A stretch of 64,000 bases of DNA from Acidobacteriota bacterium. GTDB taxonomy: Bacteria; Acidobacteriota; JAAYUB01. The translations under genes and the position numbers were made by a program. Position 1 is the stretch's first letter. Every line of letters starts with the position of its first letter. Positions 39,670-50,016 of this stretch are shown here, piece after piece. A model generated the notes under the pieces. It was given only the letters and a program-made list of their open reading frames with translations. It was not told where the DNA came from and did no database searches. The stretch spans positions 1,713 through 65,712 of the forward strand of contig JAFGRT010000145.1 in assembly GCA_016935015.1 (NCBI GenBank). Reading direction: 5' to 3'.

Positions 39670-41835
39670 CTACAGGAAAAAGCGGTAATTGAGCTTGATG
39701 ACCCAGTCACGGCCCTCCACCGTCCAGCGGTCGAGGTCCTTGATGCGCCGTTCGTCGAAGACGATGAACAGGTCCGAATCGTTGCGGTGGATGAGCCGGA
39801 CACGGAAGTTGAAGGTGGCGGCGCCGCTGGCGCTGTTGTACTGGAAGAAGGCCGAGGCCGACAGGCGGGCGTTGTGGGTGTACTCGGCGCGAGCGCTCCA
39901 GAGGTCCCAGTCGATGCGGCCGTGGTCGGCGGTGATGTGGTAGTTGGAGTAGCCTGCTTCAGCCCGGAAACGGGGACTGAAAATGTAGCCGAGCTCCAGC
40001 CCCAGCCGGCGCTGGGTGCCGTCGTAAAACTGGCCGAGGGTGGCGCCAACCTCCACGCCCCAGCGCCGGGCGCTGCTGCTTTCGAACTCGGCGTCCACCG
40101 CCCAGAAGGCATAGTCGCCTGCCGGAAAGACCAGGTTCTCGTCCAGATCGAACGGTGCGAACAGACGTTCGAAATCCCGGTTGATCCGGACTTCCACCCG
40201 ATCGCCGCTGTCGAAATCCACCTCGGTCTGCAGACCGGCCGACTGGCTCTCCAGCCGGTCCTCCACCTTGGAATAGTACCAGTCGCCCATGCCGCGGAAC
40301 GACACCCGCCGGACCCCCCAGGCGTGGGGCCGAAAGGAACGGCGGATGGAAACATTTTCCTGGCGGAACCCGCGCCGGCGGACGAAGCCCAGGTCCGGAT
40401 CGAAATTTTCGCCCACCTCGTTGTGGGTCAGACGATAGCCGAACGGATCACTGGTGTAGTCCAGGTCGAAGCGGAAATGGCTGTTCCCTTCGTCCTGGCC
40501 GTCCTCCAGCACGGTAAGGAACTGGCCGCTCAGGAACAGGTCGGGTGTCCACCACCACTTGCCGTCCACGCCGAGGGTGGTGGAGTGGAAATCGCCACGC
40601 CGGGAATCGGTAATGAGGCCGCCGATATACGACCGGCCGCGGATGTTACGCCGCACGCGGATGACGTTGTAGAAAGCGGCGGACAGGTCCAGGTCATCCA
40701 CGGCGCCGGTGCGGACGCTCAGCACGCCGATGTCCTGCCGCCCCAGCTTGCCGGTGAGGCGCGCACCGACGTGAATAGGCACCGTCTCCCCTTCATGGAG
40801 GCCGATGCGGCGGCTGAAAAAGGGCTGCAGCGCCGTCATGCCCCAGCCGCCGCCTTCGCCGAAATCGAAGATCTGGGCATTTTCCAGAAAGAACTCCCGC
40901 TTTTCGGGAAAAAACAGGGAGAAACGGGACAGGTTTACCTGCTCGTCATCGGCCTCCACCTGGGCAAAATCGGTGTTGGTGGTCACATCGAGGGTCAGGT
41001 CCGAGGTGACGGAGTATTTGATGTCCACCCCGGCGTCGGCTTCCCACTCGGTTTTGTCGGTGTCGATGGCGTATTTCTGGCCGATGAGGCCATACGGCTT
41101 CAGCTGCAGGTTGCGCAGGGGACGCAGGCCGGTCATCCCTTCCAGCAGGGCGGCGTAGTTGAGGCTGCTGATGTCGTAGGGCGGCTCGGGTGGAACCAGG
41201 AAGACGTCCTCGTTCTTGTGGCGGATATCGCGCTGGACGTTGACGCCCCAGACCTGCTGCTCGGCCCGGTTGAAACGAAGCACCCGCAAGGGAATGCGGA
41301 ACTCGGCCTGCCAACCGCGGTCGGTGATGACGGCGGCCACGTCCCAGACGTCATTCCAGTCATAGTTATAGTTGTGGTAGCCGTTGACCTGCCCCTCCTC
41401 CTTGGCGCCCAGGGGATTGACGATAAAGATGGTGCCCCGCAGCTGATCCCGGTACGTGTCGAAAATCACCTTGACGTGATCGTCCCGCTCCGGGTCGTCG
41501 CGGTGGCGCAGCTTGGTGGCCACAATCCGTTCGGGATGCCGGTCGTCGCAACGCACCGCCACGTAGATGTTCTCCTGGTCGAAGGCGAACATGACGGCCG
41601 TCGTTTCCGTGGCCGGTTCATTGTAATGGGGTACACTCTGGCGAAAATCGGAGATCCACGCCCCGTTCCGCCATACGGGGTCATCCAGGTGGCCGTCGAT
41701 CTGCGGCGGCAGCTGCACGGGCACGCAGGGGACGACGGGCGGTTGCGCCGGCTGGGCCGATACGGATGCCGTGGCGAGCATCATGCCGCTGATCAGGAGA
41801 GTCAGGCAACGATGGCGGTGGTGCAGTTCGGACAA
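39670..41835 (-). CDS. CBM9-like + DUF5916 outer-membrane protein
   Basis: IDGHLDDPVW, WQAEFRIP, NTDFAQVEAD, FFPEKREFFLE, C-terminal KLNYRFFL. Confidence 0.85.
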   Translation of the reverse strand: MSELHHRHRCLTLLISGMMLATASVSAQPAQPPVVPCVPVQLPPQIDGHLDDPVWRNGAWISDFRQSVPHYNEPATETTAVMFAFDQENIYVAVRCDDRHPERIVATKLRHRDDPERDDHVKVIFDTYRDQLRGTIFIVNPLGAKEEGQVNGYHNYNYDWNDVWDVAAVITDRGWQAEFRIPLRVLRFNRAEQQVWGVNVQRDIRHKNEDVFLVPPEPPYDISSLNYAALLEGMTGLRPLRNLQLKPYGLIGQKYAIDTDKTEWEADAGVDIKYSVTSDLTLDVTTNTDFAQVEADDEQVNLSRFSLFFPEKREFFLENAQIFDFGEGGGWGMTALQPFFSRRIGLHEGETVPIHVGARLTGKLGRQDIGVLSVRTGAVDDLDLSAAFYNVIRVRRNIRGRSYIGGLITDSRRGDFHSTTLGVDGKWWWTPDLFLSGQFLTVLEDGQDEGNSHFRFDLDYTSDPFGYRLTHNEVGENFDPDLGFVRRRGFRQENVSIRRSFRPHAWGVRRVSFRGMGDWYYSKVEDRLESQSAGLQTEVDFDSGDRVEVRINRDFERLFAPFDLDENLVFPAGDYAFWAVDAEFESSSARRWGVEVGATLGQFYDGTQRRLGLELGYIFSPRFRAEAGYSNYHITADHGRIDWDLWSARAEYTHNARLSASAFFQYNSASGAATFNFRVRLIHRNDSDLFIVFDERRIKDLDRWTVEGRDWVIKLNYRFFL

Positions 41836-42016
41836 GCAAATCCCTCAGGAACTATACTGCGGATCGCTGTAAAGAACGGAACGGGCCCCGGTAACGGGCG
41901 AAGAGTCTTGGGCCGCGCCCCTTCAAACAAAATAAAATAGCACACTCAACCAGGCGCCTCTACAGAAAGATTGTAACAAAGTGTTGCTGCGGCAAGGGCT
42001 CGGCGCCGGGCGGTCG

Positions 42017-42856
42017 TCAGTCTCCGGCGGGCCGGTCAGGAAGGCCATCGGCCGGTGACGGAGCGGTCGCTGTCGCGAACCGGATCCATACCCCGTGGGC
42101 CTCTTCGGACGGAATCAGTCCCCCCGCCTCTACGCGCGGTCGGGTCCGCAAGGTGACACCGCGGATACGCGGCCGCACCGGGTGACCGGCCGGCGGCACC
42201 AGCACCAGCGTCGCCTCGCCGACACGGATGGCCGGCCCCGTCAACCCGTCCGGTCCAGCCGGGGGATCGACGGACCGCCCGCCCAGGGCCAGCAGCAGCC
42301 GCGCTAGGGTCTGGCCCCCGTCCAGCCAGACCTCGGCCAGGGCGGCGGCGCCGTTGCGATGAACGCGATGGGCCGGCGGCCCGGAGGCGCGATCATGGTA
42401 TTGAATGAAAAAGACATGCTGCAAATCCGGTTCATCGGGGAAGGTCAGGATGTCGAAGGCGTGCCCCAGCTGGACCTTGGATCTCAGGCCGTAGCGGAAG
42501 GCGATCCGTGCCACTTCGGCCACCGGCCCCGCCGCCAGGGCCAGGTAGGCGCCCCCTTCGCCCTGTTGCACGAAGGCCAGATATTCCGCCGCCTGTCTGT
42601 CCAGCGGCTGTTCAGCCGTCAGCAGTTCCAGCTCGGTCCCGTCCATCAGTTTGACGAAGGCGTTGCTGACGGAGTTGGGATGACGGCGGCCCGGACGAAC
42701 GGAGAAACCCAGCCGCTGATAGGTCTGCCGCGCCGACGCCAGGTCGCGCACCGCCACCACCACGTGATCGGGCCGCAGTGCCGGACCGGGTTCCGTGGCC
42801 CCGGCCGTCAGGGCCAGCCACATCACCAGAAGTATCAGGGCTGAAACTCGTCGCAT
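42017..42856 (-). CDS. Secreted VOC/glyoxalase-like protein
   Basis: Signal peptide; DHVVVAVRDL, LGF, GRRH, ELELL, FFIQY, HRNG. Confidence 0.8.
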   Translation of the reverse strand: MRRVSALILLVMWLALTAGATEPGPALRPDHVVVAVRDLASARQTYQRLGFSVRPGRRHPNSVSNAFVKLMDGTELELLTAEQPLDRQAAEYLAFVQQGEGGAYLALAAGPVAEVARIAFRYGLRSKVQLGHAFDILTFPDEPDLQHVFFIQYHDRASGPPAHRVHRNGAAALAEVWLDGGQTLARLLLALGGRSVDPPAGPDGLTGPAIRVGEATLVLVPPAGHPVRPRIRGVTLRTRPRVEAGGLIPSEEAHGVWIRFATATAPSPADGLPDRPAGD

Positions 42857-43018
42857 GCTGGCTGATCCGCCTTGTCTGCCGGAATCCCTCCGCAGACGCG
42901 ACCCCCATTGTATGGCTGAACCGGCCGCGGCACAAGCCCCCAGTCACCGGTACCGCCTTCTCTTTCGGCGGTGAATCCGCGGCGCGCCAAGACGGAGTGC
43001 GGCCGGCGGCAGCGACGG

Positions 43019-43429
43019 TTACTCCGGCCGATGTTCCCGCCGGCGGCGGATGATGGTCAGATACCGCAGATTGGCCAGGATGGACAGCACGAAAATGGCG
43101 ATCACCAGCGCCGTACACCAGATTTCCGCCGGCAGGTGCCGCGCCAGCCAGATGCCCGCCATCAGGCCGGTCATTCCCACCGCCAGCCAGAGCTGCCCCG
43201 GGCGGGTTGCAGCCGCGTCCCCGCCGCCGGACCTTCGCCGCCAGACCAGGATCACCGCCGCCGTCAGCCAGACGGCCAGGCCGACCAGAATGATCCCATC
43301 CACCAATCCCTCCAGAAAGGGACGCGGCGCCACCGGTTCCCGGCCCGGCATGACAACGAACAGACCTGTTAGAATCAGACCGGCCACCAAAAGAACGATC
43401 GCTTTGAACCAAAAAAAGTTAGTGTTCAT
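43019..43429 (-). CDS. Hypothetical 4-TM membrane protein
   Basis: Four hydrophobic segments; overlaps the upstream gene of the ECF operon. Confidence 0.65.
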   Translation of the reverse strand: MNTNFFWFKAIVLLVAGLILTGLFVVMPGREPVAPRPFLEGLVDGIILVGLAVWLTAAVILVWRRRSGGGDAAATRPGQLWLAVGMTGLMAGIWLARHLPAEIWCTALVIAIFVLSILANLRYLTIIRRRREHRPE

Positions 43430-44036
43430 TTTTCAAATCCTTCAGTACAGTTTCTAGTTCGGCGATGAGCGGTGCGTATTCCCGGTTGTATTTTCGACCA
43501 CGGATGCGCCGGCCGGCCCAGAAGGCACCGCCCAGCAACAGGGTCATGCCGCCGTGGAACAGCCAGCGCTGTCCCGGGGTGTATTCTACCAGCCAGTCCA
43601 CGTAAAGGAGATTGAGCCCCGCCATGAGCGTGACGCCCAGCAGCGGGAAGCAGACGGCGAACAACCGCCGCTGCAGGTTCAGACGGGCGATGGCCTGCGG
43701 GATGAGCCGCGGCGGCGGTGCCGCCAGATCCAGATCGGCCAGCCGGAACTGGTGTCGCCAATAAATCCAGAGGAAAACCAGGCTACCGCCCAGAATGAGC
43801 GCCAGGCCGATTCCACCGCTCACGGTAATGGTTGCATGGCGAAGGAAGAGGGAGAGAATGCTCCCCAGCAGCAGAAGCAGGGCGGCGGTCTTTAGGCGGT
43901 TGATGCGCCGTTGACCCTCTTCAAAGGCCCGCAATCGCACCAGCAACCCGGCACCGTCGGCGGCCGTAGCCGCGGCCCCCGGGCTGGCCGCCTGCTGTTG
44001 CCACACCGTTTGCCATTCAGTCCGTGTGTTGGCCAT
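43419..44036 (-). CDS. Multi-TM protein, putative anti-sigma factor
   Basis: Directly after the ECF sigma factor; N-terminal WQxxWQ, four TM helices; ATG 44036 after GAGGG. Confidence 0.75.
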   Translation of the reverse strand: MANTRTEWQTVWQQQAASPGAAATAADGAGLLVRLRAFEEGQRRINRLKTAALLLLLGSILSLFLRHATITVSGGIGLALILGGSLVFLWIYWRHQFRLADLDLAAPPPRLIPQAIARLNLQRRLFAVCFPLLGVTLMAGLNLLYVDWLVEYTPGQRWLFHGGMTLLLGGAFWAGRRIRGRKYNREYAPLIAELETVLKDLKNEH

Positions 44037-44535
44037 GATTCCCTCGCATGCATGTTTCGAGTTTCCGCTTGACCCGGTTGATGCGAACACCGACATGATT
44101 GACGGAAATCCCAAGGATGTCGGCCATCTCGCGGTAGGTCATCTCTTCCAGCAGGAAACTGACCAGAAGCCGGTCCGCCCCGGACAGGCGGCTGATGCAA
44201 CGGCGGAGACGGTCCAGCAGCTGGGTTCTCGACGCCGCATCCTCCGGTGAAGGAGTGACCGGCACCGGCATGTCGGGCTCCCACGACGGCCGGCGACGGA
44301 TCAGCTGCCGGTTATACAGCAAGGCCGTATTCACCGCCACCCGGTAGGCCCACGTCCCTAGACCGGCCTCTCCCCGGAACCGGGGCAGGCTGTGCCAGAT
44401 GTTGGCCATGACCTCCTGAAACAGATCCTCCGCCTCGGCCGGTTCATACAGGTACCCGCGGCACAAGCGGTATAGGCGGTCGCGCATGGTAAGGTAGATC
44501 TCGCCGAATCGTTGTTCCCGTTCGTGGCCGTTCAT
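44017..44535 (-). CDS. ECF RNA polymerase sigma factor
   Basis: AEDLFQE, TWAYRVAVN, YREMADILGIS...VGVRINR. Confidence 0.93.
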   Translation of the reverse strand: MNGHEREQRFGEIYLTMRDRLYRLCRGYLYEPAEAEDLFQEVMANIWHSLPRFRGEAGLGTWAYRVAVNTALLYNRQLIRRRPSWEPDMPVPVTPSPEDAASRTQLLDRLRRCISRLSGADRLLVSFLLEEMTYREMADILGISVNHVGVRINRVKRKLETCMRGNHGQHTD

Positions 44536-44978
44536 GGCGCGATGAAATCCTTCCGTTACCGAATTAGCCAACCGGACGCATCATACCGGATAACGCGCCG
44601 CGCGGCGGGAAAAATCACCTTCCGGCGGCTCGCCCGCCCGCCGTCGGCCCCCGGCCGGATGGATTCGTCGGCGTCGTCCATCACCCCCACCCGCCACAGC
44701 CTCTTGCCATCGCCCGGAATGCGCTTCATGATCCACCCGCCTCCAGTCTGTTTCGTCCCTTTAGTAACCACAGGGGACATTTTCTTACATATTTTTTTTG
44801 GGGGGGAGGACTGGACGGGCGGCGGAGACGAACGCACCGCCGGTGAAGATGCGGCGCAGCGGACTCCGCCCGGGCCGCTTGGCCGGGGATGGCCGACCGT
44901 GCGAACGGCAACGGCCATCCGCCGAACATGTCATCGGAACGGTGAAGGAAGGAACGGCGGCCGCCTGTCCTTCGGGAG

Positions 44979-47660
44979 CTACTCGCACCGCAGGGTGTCG
45001 ACGGGCCTGACCCGGGCGGCGCGGAGGATCTGCAGGCTCACCGTGACCAGCGCCACCAGCACCACCAGCAGCAATGCCGCGCCGAACACCCCGACGCCCA
45101 GGCGGGTGCGGTAGGCGAAATCCTCCAGCCAGCGATCCATGATCCACCAGGCCAAGGGAATTCCGATGAGCGCCGCCAGACCGAGCCACCGTCCGAACAG
45201 GCGGAGAAACAGCCACCAGATCTCCCGGGTGGTGGCGCCCAGCACCCGGCGGATGCCGATCTCCCGGGTCCGCTGCCGGGTCATGAAGGCGGCCAGGCCC
45301 AGCAGGCCCAGGCTGGCGATCCCCACCGCCAGGATGGAGAAGATCAGGAAGACCCGGCCGGTCCGCTCCTCGGACAGAAAAACCCGGGCGAAATGGTCGT
45401 CGAAGAACTCGTACTCGAACGCCTGTCCGCCGGCATGCTTCCGCCACAGATTTTCGAGGCGCGGCAGGATCTCCCGCATCCCGACGGAATCCAGACGGAC
45501 AGAGACAAACTTGCCACCTCCGTCGGGACTCAGCACCCGGAACAGCACCGGCCGGATGGGCTGATGCAGCGATTCGAAATGAAAATCCCGGATGACGCCA
45601 ACCACCGTGTAGGTCTTGCCCTCCATGCTGATCAACTGCTCGCCCACGGCGGCATCCAGTTCGAGGTTCCGGGCCGCCGTTTCCGTGATGACCACGGCTT
45701 GGCGGGCGTCCTGGTCCGGCCGGATGAAGAAGCGCCCGTCCGCCATCTGCATGCCGTAGGCCTCGGCAAAGGATGGGTCCACCCAGAGATGCCGGATGAG
45801 TTTCAGATGGTCGGCCGGCCGGTCCAGCGGGCGATACAGCGTGTCACCCAGATTTTCCCCCATGATATCGCTGCTGTTGCTGACGGCGGCCACGCCCGGC
45901 AGGGCCGCCACCTCGTTCATGAACGGCACCAGACTGCCACCCAGATCGTCCGCCTTCCGGACCACCACGATCTGCTCGCGTTCGAAGCCGAGATTCCGGT
46001 CCTGGATGAAGGCCAGCTGGGAATACACCACCAGGGTGCCGACGATGAGGACCAGGGAGACGGCGAACTGGAAGACCACCAGGACACCCCGCAGCCGGCT
46101 GGTGGCGCCCTCACCCGTGGTCCCGCCCCGCAGGACACTCACCGGCCGGAAGGCCGACAGGCGAAAGGCGGGATAGAGCCCGGCCAGCAAGCCAACAAAC
46201 AGGGCCAGCCCAACAAGAAACGGGATGAAGACCGGATTGTCCAGATACGGCACATGCAAGATCTTGCCCGCCAGTTGGTTGAACCCGGGCAACACCAGGT
46301 GCACCAGCGGCAGGGCCAGCAGGACCGCCAGGCTGCTCAGCAGCAAGGCTTCACACAGAAACTGGCCCACCAACTGGTCGCGGCGGGAACCGATGGTCTT
46401 GCGCACGCCCACTTCCCGGGCGCGGTCCGTGGCGCGGGCCGTGGCCAGGTTCACGAAATTCACACCGGCGATGAGGAGAATGGCCAGGGCGATCACCGAA
46501 AACAGATACACGTACACCTCATGCCCGTTGGGTTCGAGTTCCTTCTCCAAATGCGAACCAAGATGGATGTCCGTCAGCGGCTGGAAAAAATAGTCGAATT
46601 CGCCACCGGCGGCGAAAAATTCCTCGGTCGTCAGGCCAAGGGCACCCTTGAGCCCCGGTCCGACATACTTCCTGATCACGTCCGCCTGCATCCGCCCGCA
46701 AAAATCGGTCACGTCAACCCCGGGACGAAAGAGAACATAGGTGTAAAAATTGTGACTGATCCAGTTGTCGCTTTCGGCGTAGGCGATGGATTTCATGGGC
46801 ACGAGGAAATCATAGTGGACATGGCTGTTGGCCGGCACGTCGGCCACCACGCCCGTCACCTCGTAATCACGGCGGTTGTCGGCCCGCAGCGTCTTGCCCA
46901 GCGGGTTCTCGTCGCCGAAGTACTTGCGGGCCATGGATTCGGTAAGCACCAGGGTGCCCGGCCGGATGAGGGCCTCCTCCGGCTCCCCCCGGCGGAAAGG
47001 GATGGTGAAAATGTCCAGAATTTCGGGATCGGCGTAGAACCAGCGCTCCTCGCTGAAGACCCGGTCCTTGTAGCGTAGCACCGGCGCTCCGGCCCGAAAG
47101 ATCCGGGCGGCTGATTCCACCTCGGGGTAGTCGCGGCGGAGGGCCGCCGCCATGGGCGCGGCCGCCTGACCGGCGTGAAACAGAACGCCCTGGTTCATAA
47201 CCCGGACGCCCACCCGCTGGATGCGGTCGGCCTGCGTATGGTAGCGGTCGTAGCTCAGTTCGTCCTGCACATACAGGCCGATGAGCACGAAGCAGGCCAC
47301 CCCCAGGGCCAGCCCGATGATGTTGATGAAGGTATATCCCTTGCGCCGGCACATGGTGCGCCAGGTGATTTTCAGGTAGTTTTTCCACATCATGATACTC
47401 CAGTAGATCAGATTCTTTAGAATGAGCGGCAGCAGGAGCAGCAGCTGGATCCGGTACCAGGCCCTGGCACGGCGCGCCCCCGAGGTCACAGCCAAATGGG
47501 CGTACACCTCGTGCAGATCCCCCAGCGGATCCTCCGGATCGACGAAGCGGGACAACCGCCCCGCCAGCCACGCGGCGCCCCGGGGCGGCCAGGGCGGCGC
47601 CGGTTGAGACAACCCCGTGGATTCGCCCGGTACATTTATGCAGCCAGGATCTTCTGCCAT
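44979..47660 (-). CDS. Duplicated MacB/FtsX-like ABC transporter permease with N-terminal prefix domain
   Basis: GDLHE prefix, NYLKITWR, INIIGLALG, REVGVRKTIGS, VVFQF, REIGIRRVLGA; ATG 47660 after GAGGTG. Confidence 0.92.
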   Translation of the reverse strand: MAEDPGCINVPGESTGLSQPAPPWPPRGAAWLAGRLSRFVDPEDPLGDLHEVYAHLAVTSGARRARAWYRIQLLLLLPLILKNLIYWSIMMWKNYLKITWRTMCRRKGYTFINIIGLALGVACFVLIGLYVQDELSYDRYHTQADRIQRVGVRVMNQGVLFHAGQAAAPMAAALRRDYPEVESAARIFRAGAPVLRYKDRVFSEERWFYADPEILDIFTIPFRRGEPEEALIRPGTLVLTESMARKYFGDENPLGKTLRADNRRDYEVTGVVADVPANSHVHYDFLVPMKSIAYAESDNWISHNFYTYVLFRPGVDVTDFCGRMQADVIRKYVGPGLKGALGLTTEEFFAAGGEFDYFFQPLTDIHLGSHLEKELEPNGHEVYVYLFSVIALAILLIAGVNFVNLATARATDRAREVGVRKTIGSRRDQLVGQFLCEALLLSSLAVLLALPLVHLVLPGFNQLAGKILHVPYLDNPVFIPFLVGLALFVGLLAGLYPAFRLSAFRPVSVLRGGTTGEGATSRLRGVLVVFQFAVSLVLIVGTLVVYSQLAFIQDRNLGFEREQIVVVRKADDLGGSLVPFMNEVAALPGVAAVSNSSDIMGENLGDTLYRPLDRPADHLKLIRHLWVDPSFAEAYGMQMADGRFFIRPDQDARQAVVITETAARNLELDAAVGEQLISMEGKTYTVVGVIRDFHFESLHQPIRPVLFRVLSPDGGGKFVSVRLDSVGMREILPRLENLWRKHAGGQAFEYEFFDDHFARVFLSEERTGRVFLIFSILAVGIASLGLLGLAAFMTRQRTREIGIRRVLGATTREIWWLFLRLFGRWLGLAALIGIPLAWWIMDRWLEDFAYRTRLGVGVFGAALLLVVLVALVTVSLQILRAARVRPVDTLRCE

Positions 47661-47739
47661 GTCAGTCACCTCGATGGGGCCGTGCCGCAGCCGGCGACAA
47701 CCAGCGAACACATCGATCCAGGCGTGGAGACGGGCCTCA

Positions 47740-48081
47740 TCAGGTTTCCCCCGTTTCCCGGCCCGTCAGCCGCTCGGCGCCCACATCGGCCCACATTTCC
47801 CGCTGGATCATCTGCAGCTCGGCCAGGGCCGCCCGCCCGGCCGGCGTGATGCGGTAGAGCACCTTGTGGCGGCCCCCGCGTTCCGGCGTGGCATCCCCCC
47901 GGTACTTTTCCACCAGTCCGTTCCGGGCCAGCTTGGCCAGGGGCTCATAGATGGACGCGAACGACCACTCCTCGCCTGTAACCTGCTGGATCATTTCGCG
48001 GATGGATACGCCGTAGGCCTGGCCGTCCTGCCGGAGAACCGCCAGCAGGATCATCTCTTCGTTCCGGGTCACCAGTTTCAT
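47740..48081 (-). CDS. PadR-family transcriptional regulator
   Basis: EEMILLAV, AYGVSI, SIYEPLAKL, RGGR...YRITPAG; ATG 48081 after GAGGA. Confidence 0.92.
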   Translation of the reverse strand: MKLVTRNEEMILLAVLRQDGQAYGVSIREMIQQVTGEEWSFASIYEPLAKLARNGLVEKYRGDATPERGGRHKVLYRITPAGRAALAELQMIQREMWADVGAERLTGRETGET

Positions 48082-48116
48082 GCGTTCCTCACGGTTGATC
48101 ATATAATCGGTTTTAC

Positions 48117-48131
48117 TATCGGAATCCGATA
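48117..48131. promoter_or_regulatory. Palindrome, candidate PadR operator
   Basis: TATCGGA-A-TCCGATA, 35 bp upstream of the padR start. Confidence 0.45.
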
Positions 48132-48269
48132 CAAACAACAATACGCTGTCGACAGCCAAAAGGTTTCTATGGATTTCACTATTCTGCAATGTTTTTTCGC
48201 TGCAGTCAAACTCCCGGGCGTGGATAAAATCGAACAGCCCACAGTGGTGTAAAAAAGGTGAAAATTAGA

Positions 48270-48299
48270 TTGACAATCCCCCGCCCACCCAGCTAGAAT
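48270..48299 (+). promoter_or_regulatory. Strong sigma70-like promoter
   Basis: TTGACA-N18-TAGAAT. Confidence 0.65.
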
Positions 48300-48330
48300 A
48301 GAATCAACAGGGGCGGAAAGGAGAGGCGCA

Positions 48331-48771
48331 ATGAGCCTCGGCAAGTCCAACACCCTCTTTGACATGGCCCCTGTGAGTACCGTCGGGACGGCCGCGCACC
48401 CCGGGCCGCCGCTTTCCGAACCACGGCCGCGTACGGCCGACGAACCGTCCGGGGAGCGCCCGCCGTCATCGGTCCGCGCGGATTTCCCCCGACGGAAGCG
48501 CCGCCCGTCATCCCGCCGGTCCCGCTTCACGGCGGCGGGGCAGGCTGAGCGCCACATGCCCCTGTTGCGCCACCTGCCCCGCTCCGCCGATCTGATGGCT
48601 TCACCGGCGGAGCCGACCGCCGGCGCAAGCTCTTTTGTGCGCCCCGGTCAGCTGATAAGCGGCATTTTCCGATCGGTCTCCGATCACATGATGTTCTGTC
48701 CGGAGTGCTCCCGGACGGGAGCGCCCACCTGTGCCGAGAGCCGGCGGCTGTGGCGGCGGGCTTTCCGCTGA
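48331..48771 (+). CDS. Orphan protein, disordered with C-terminal HxxxCxxCx6C motif
   Basis: Promoter plus AAGGAG RBS precede the ATG; P/R/S-rich body; HMMFCPECSRTGAPTC. Confidence 0.45.
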   Translation: MSLGKSNTLFDMAPVSTVGTAAHPGPPLSEPRPRTADEPSGERPPSSVRADFPRRKRRPSSRRSRFTAAGQAERHMPLLRHLPRSADLMASPAEPTAGASSFVRPGQLISGIFRSVSDHMMFCPECSRTGAPTCAESRRLWRRAFR

Positions 48772-49024
48772 GCACACGGACGGAAAAAATCTCCGCCGAC
48801 AGGGGAACAAGGGGAGTCCGCAGCGGAGGCAGGCGGCAGGGTTCAGGCCGACGGCCGGCGGCGAGCCCCCCCCTCTGTCCCGGCGGTGGGTTCGGACGGA
48901 GCCGGCCCGATCCGGCCGGTGTCCGCCGACGCGCATCCGGCCCGACCGGGCTCATCCAGCTGAACCGTTTCCGGGGAATCTTTCTGCCGGCGACGGGCCG
49001 CCGGATCATGGCGCCATGCCCCGG

Positions 49025-49801
49025 TCAGCCGACGCAAAATTCGTAGCGGCGGGTTTGTTCGATTGGCGGCGGCGAAGCAACCGATCGGAAGGTCCGTTCT
49101 ATCAACGTCACATGGCCGGCGGTCGACAGCCACAGCAACGACGAGGAACGGGTGCCGTACTGTGCGCCGGAGATAAACAGGGGCGCCAGCTCGCGCTCCC
49201 GGTCCAGGCCCACACCCGTATCGGGCAACTCCGGATCCGGCGGCCGGCGGCGGTCCGCCAGCAAGGCCCACAACGCCGCCTCGTCGGGTGGTCCGGGCCG
49301 GGACAGGATGTCTCGCATGCGTGCCCGGCCGCGCGTCACCTTGGGCCAGGGAGTATTCAGCCGATGGTTGCTCAGACCGTGCACGCCGTCGGTCAGGCGC
49401 TGCGGCGGGCCGCCACGGTTGGAGGCATACCAGACTTCGGTGCCGATTCCCGCCAGCAGGTTGAAACCGTTGTATCCGCCGGCCCGGTCCATGACGTGAT
49501 CCAGATAGGCTGCCGGCGGATCGTCTCCGCGCAGGAAATCCGACACCAGGCCGCCGCGGGAGGCCGCATCAGGCCGTGGCGGCATGACTTCCCGGTAGTT
49601 GGTGACGGCCGCCCAACGCCCGCGGCGGGTGATGCCCAGCCACGTGCCGCCGCCGTGCTCGTCGCGGCCGGCCAGGAGCCCCGGCGATTCCGGCCACCAC
49701 GCCAGGGGCCGGCTGGGCCGCTCGTAAAATTCATCCCGATTGGCGGCAATCACCAGCGGATAGTCGGACCGCCCATTCACCGCCAGCAGAATCAGGCACA
49801 T
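49025..49801 (-). CDS. NRDE/TANGO2 family protein
   Basis: MCL N-terminus, ANRDEF, GGTWLG, SRG, YNGFNL, LSN, YGTRSS. Confidence 0.93.
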   Translation of the reverse strand: MCLILLAVNGRSDYPLVIAANRDEFYERPSRPLAWWPESPGLLAGRDEHGGGTWLGITRRGRWAAVTNYREVMPPRPDAASRGGLVSDFLRGDDPPAAYLDHVMDRAGGYNGFNLLAGIGTEVWYASNRGGPPQRLTDGVHGLSNHRLNTPWPKVTRGRARMRDILSRPGPPDEAALWALLADRRRPPDPELPDTGVGLDRERELAPLFISGAQYGTRSSSLLWLSTAGHVTLIERTFRSVASPPPIEQTRRYEFCVG

Positions 49802-50016
49802 GCTTCATCCTCCGGTCCGGGACCGTTTGTATCATGGATGCAGTCGGGATCGCCCGGGGGTCAGCAGAATGACACGGCCGGGGCACGGCCGCCCGGATCA
49901 GGGATGGTGCTGCTTTATCGCCGGCCTCTTCGGACCGGCTGTCCAACGCCACGGCGCTACCGGGCGCCGCTCCCCTCCGACTCCGGGTCCCCTCTGGCAC
50001 ATCCACACCGGCGGCA

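Noticed and set aside
44785-44810. Poly-T/poly-G tract as a phase-variation site
   Set aside because: Intergenic, with no clear link to a promoter spacer or reading frame
48308-48380. tmRNA 5' end or c-di-GMP-I riboswitch
   Set aside because: Begins GGGGCGGAAAGGA but lacks the tmRNA GGATTCGAC and a matching 3' tRNA-like end; the riboswitch GGCAAA/GACGCAAAGC pattern is not properly matched
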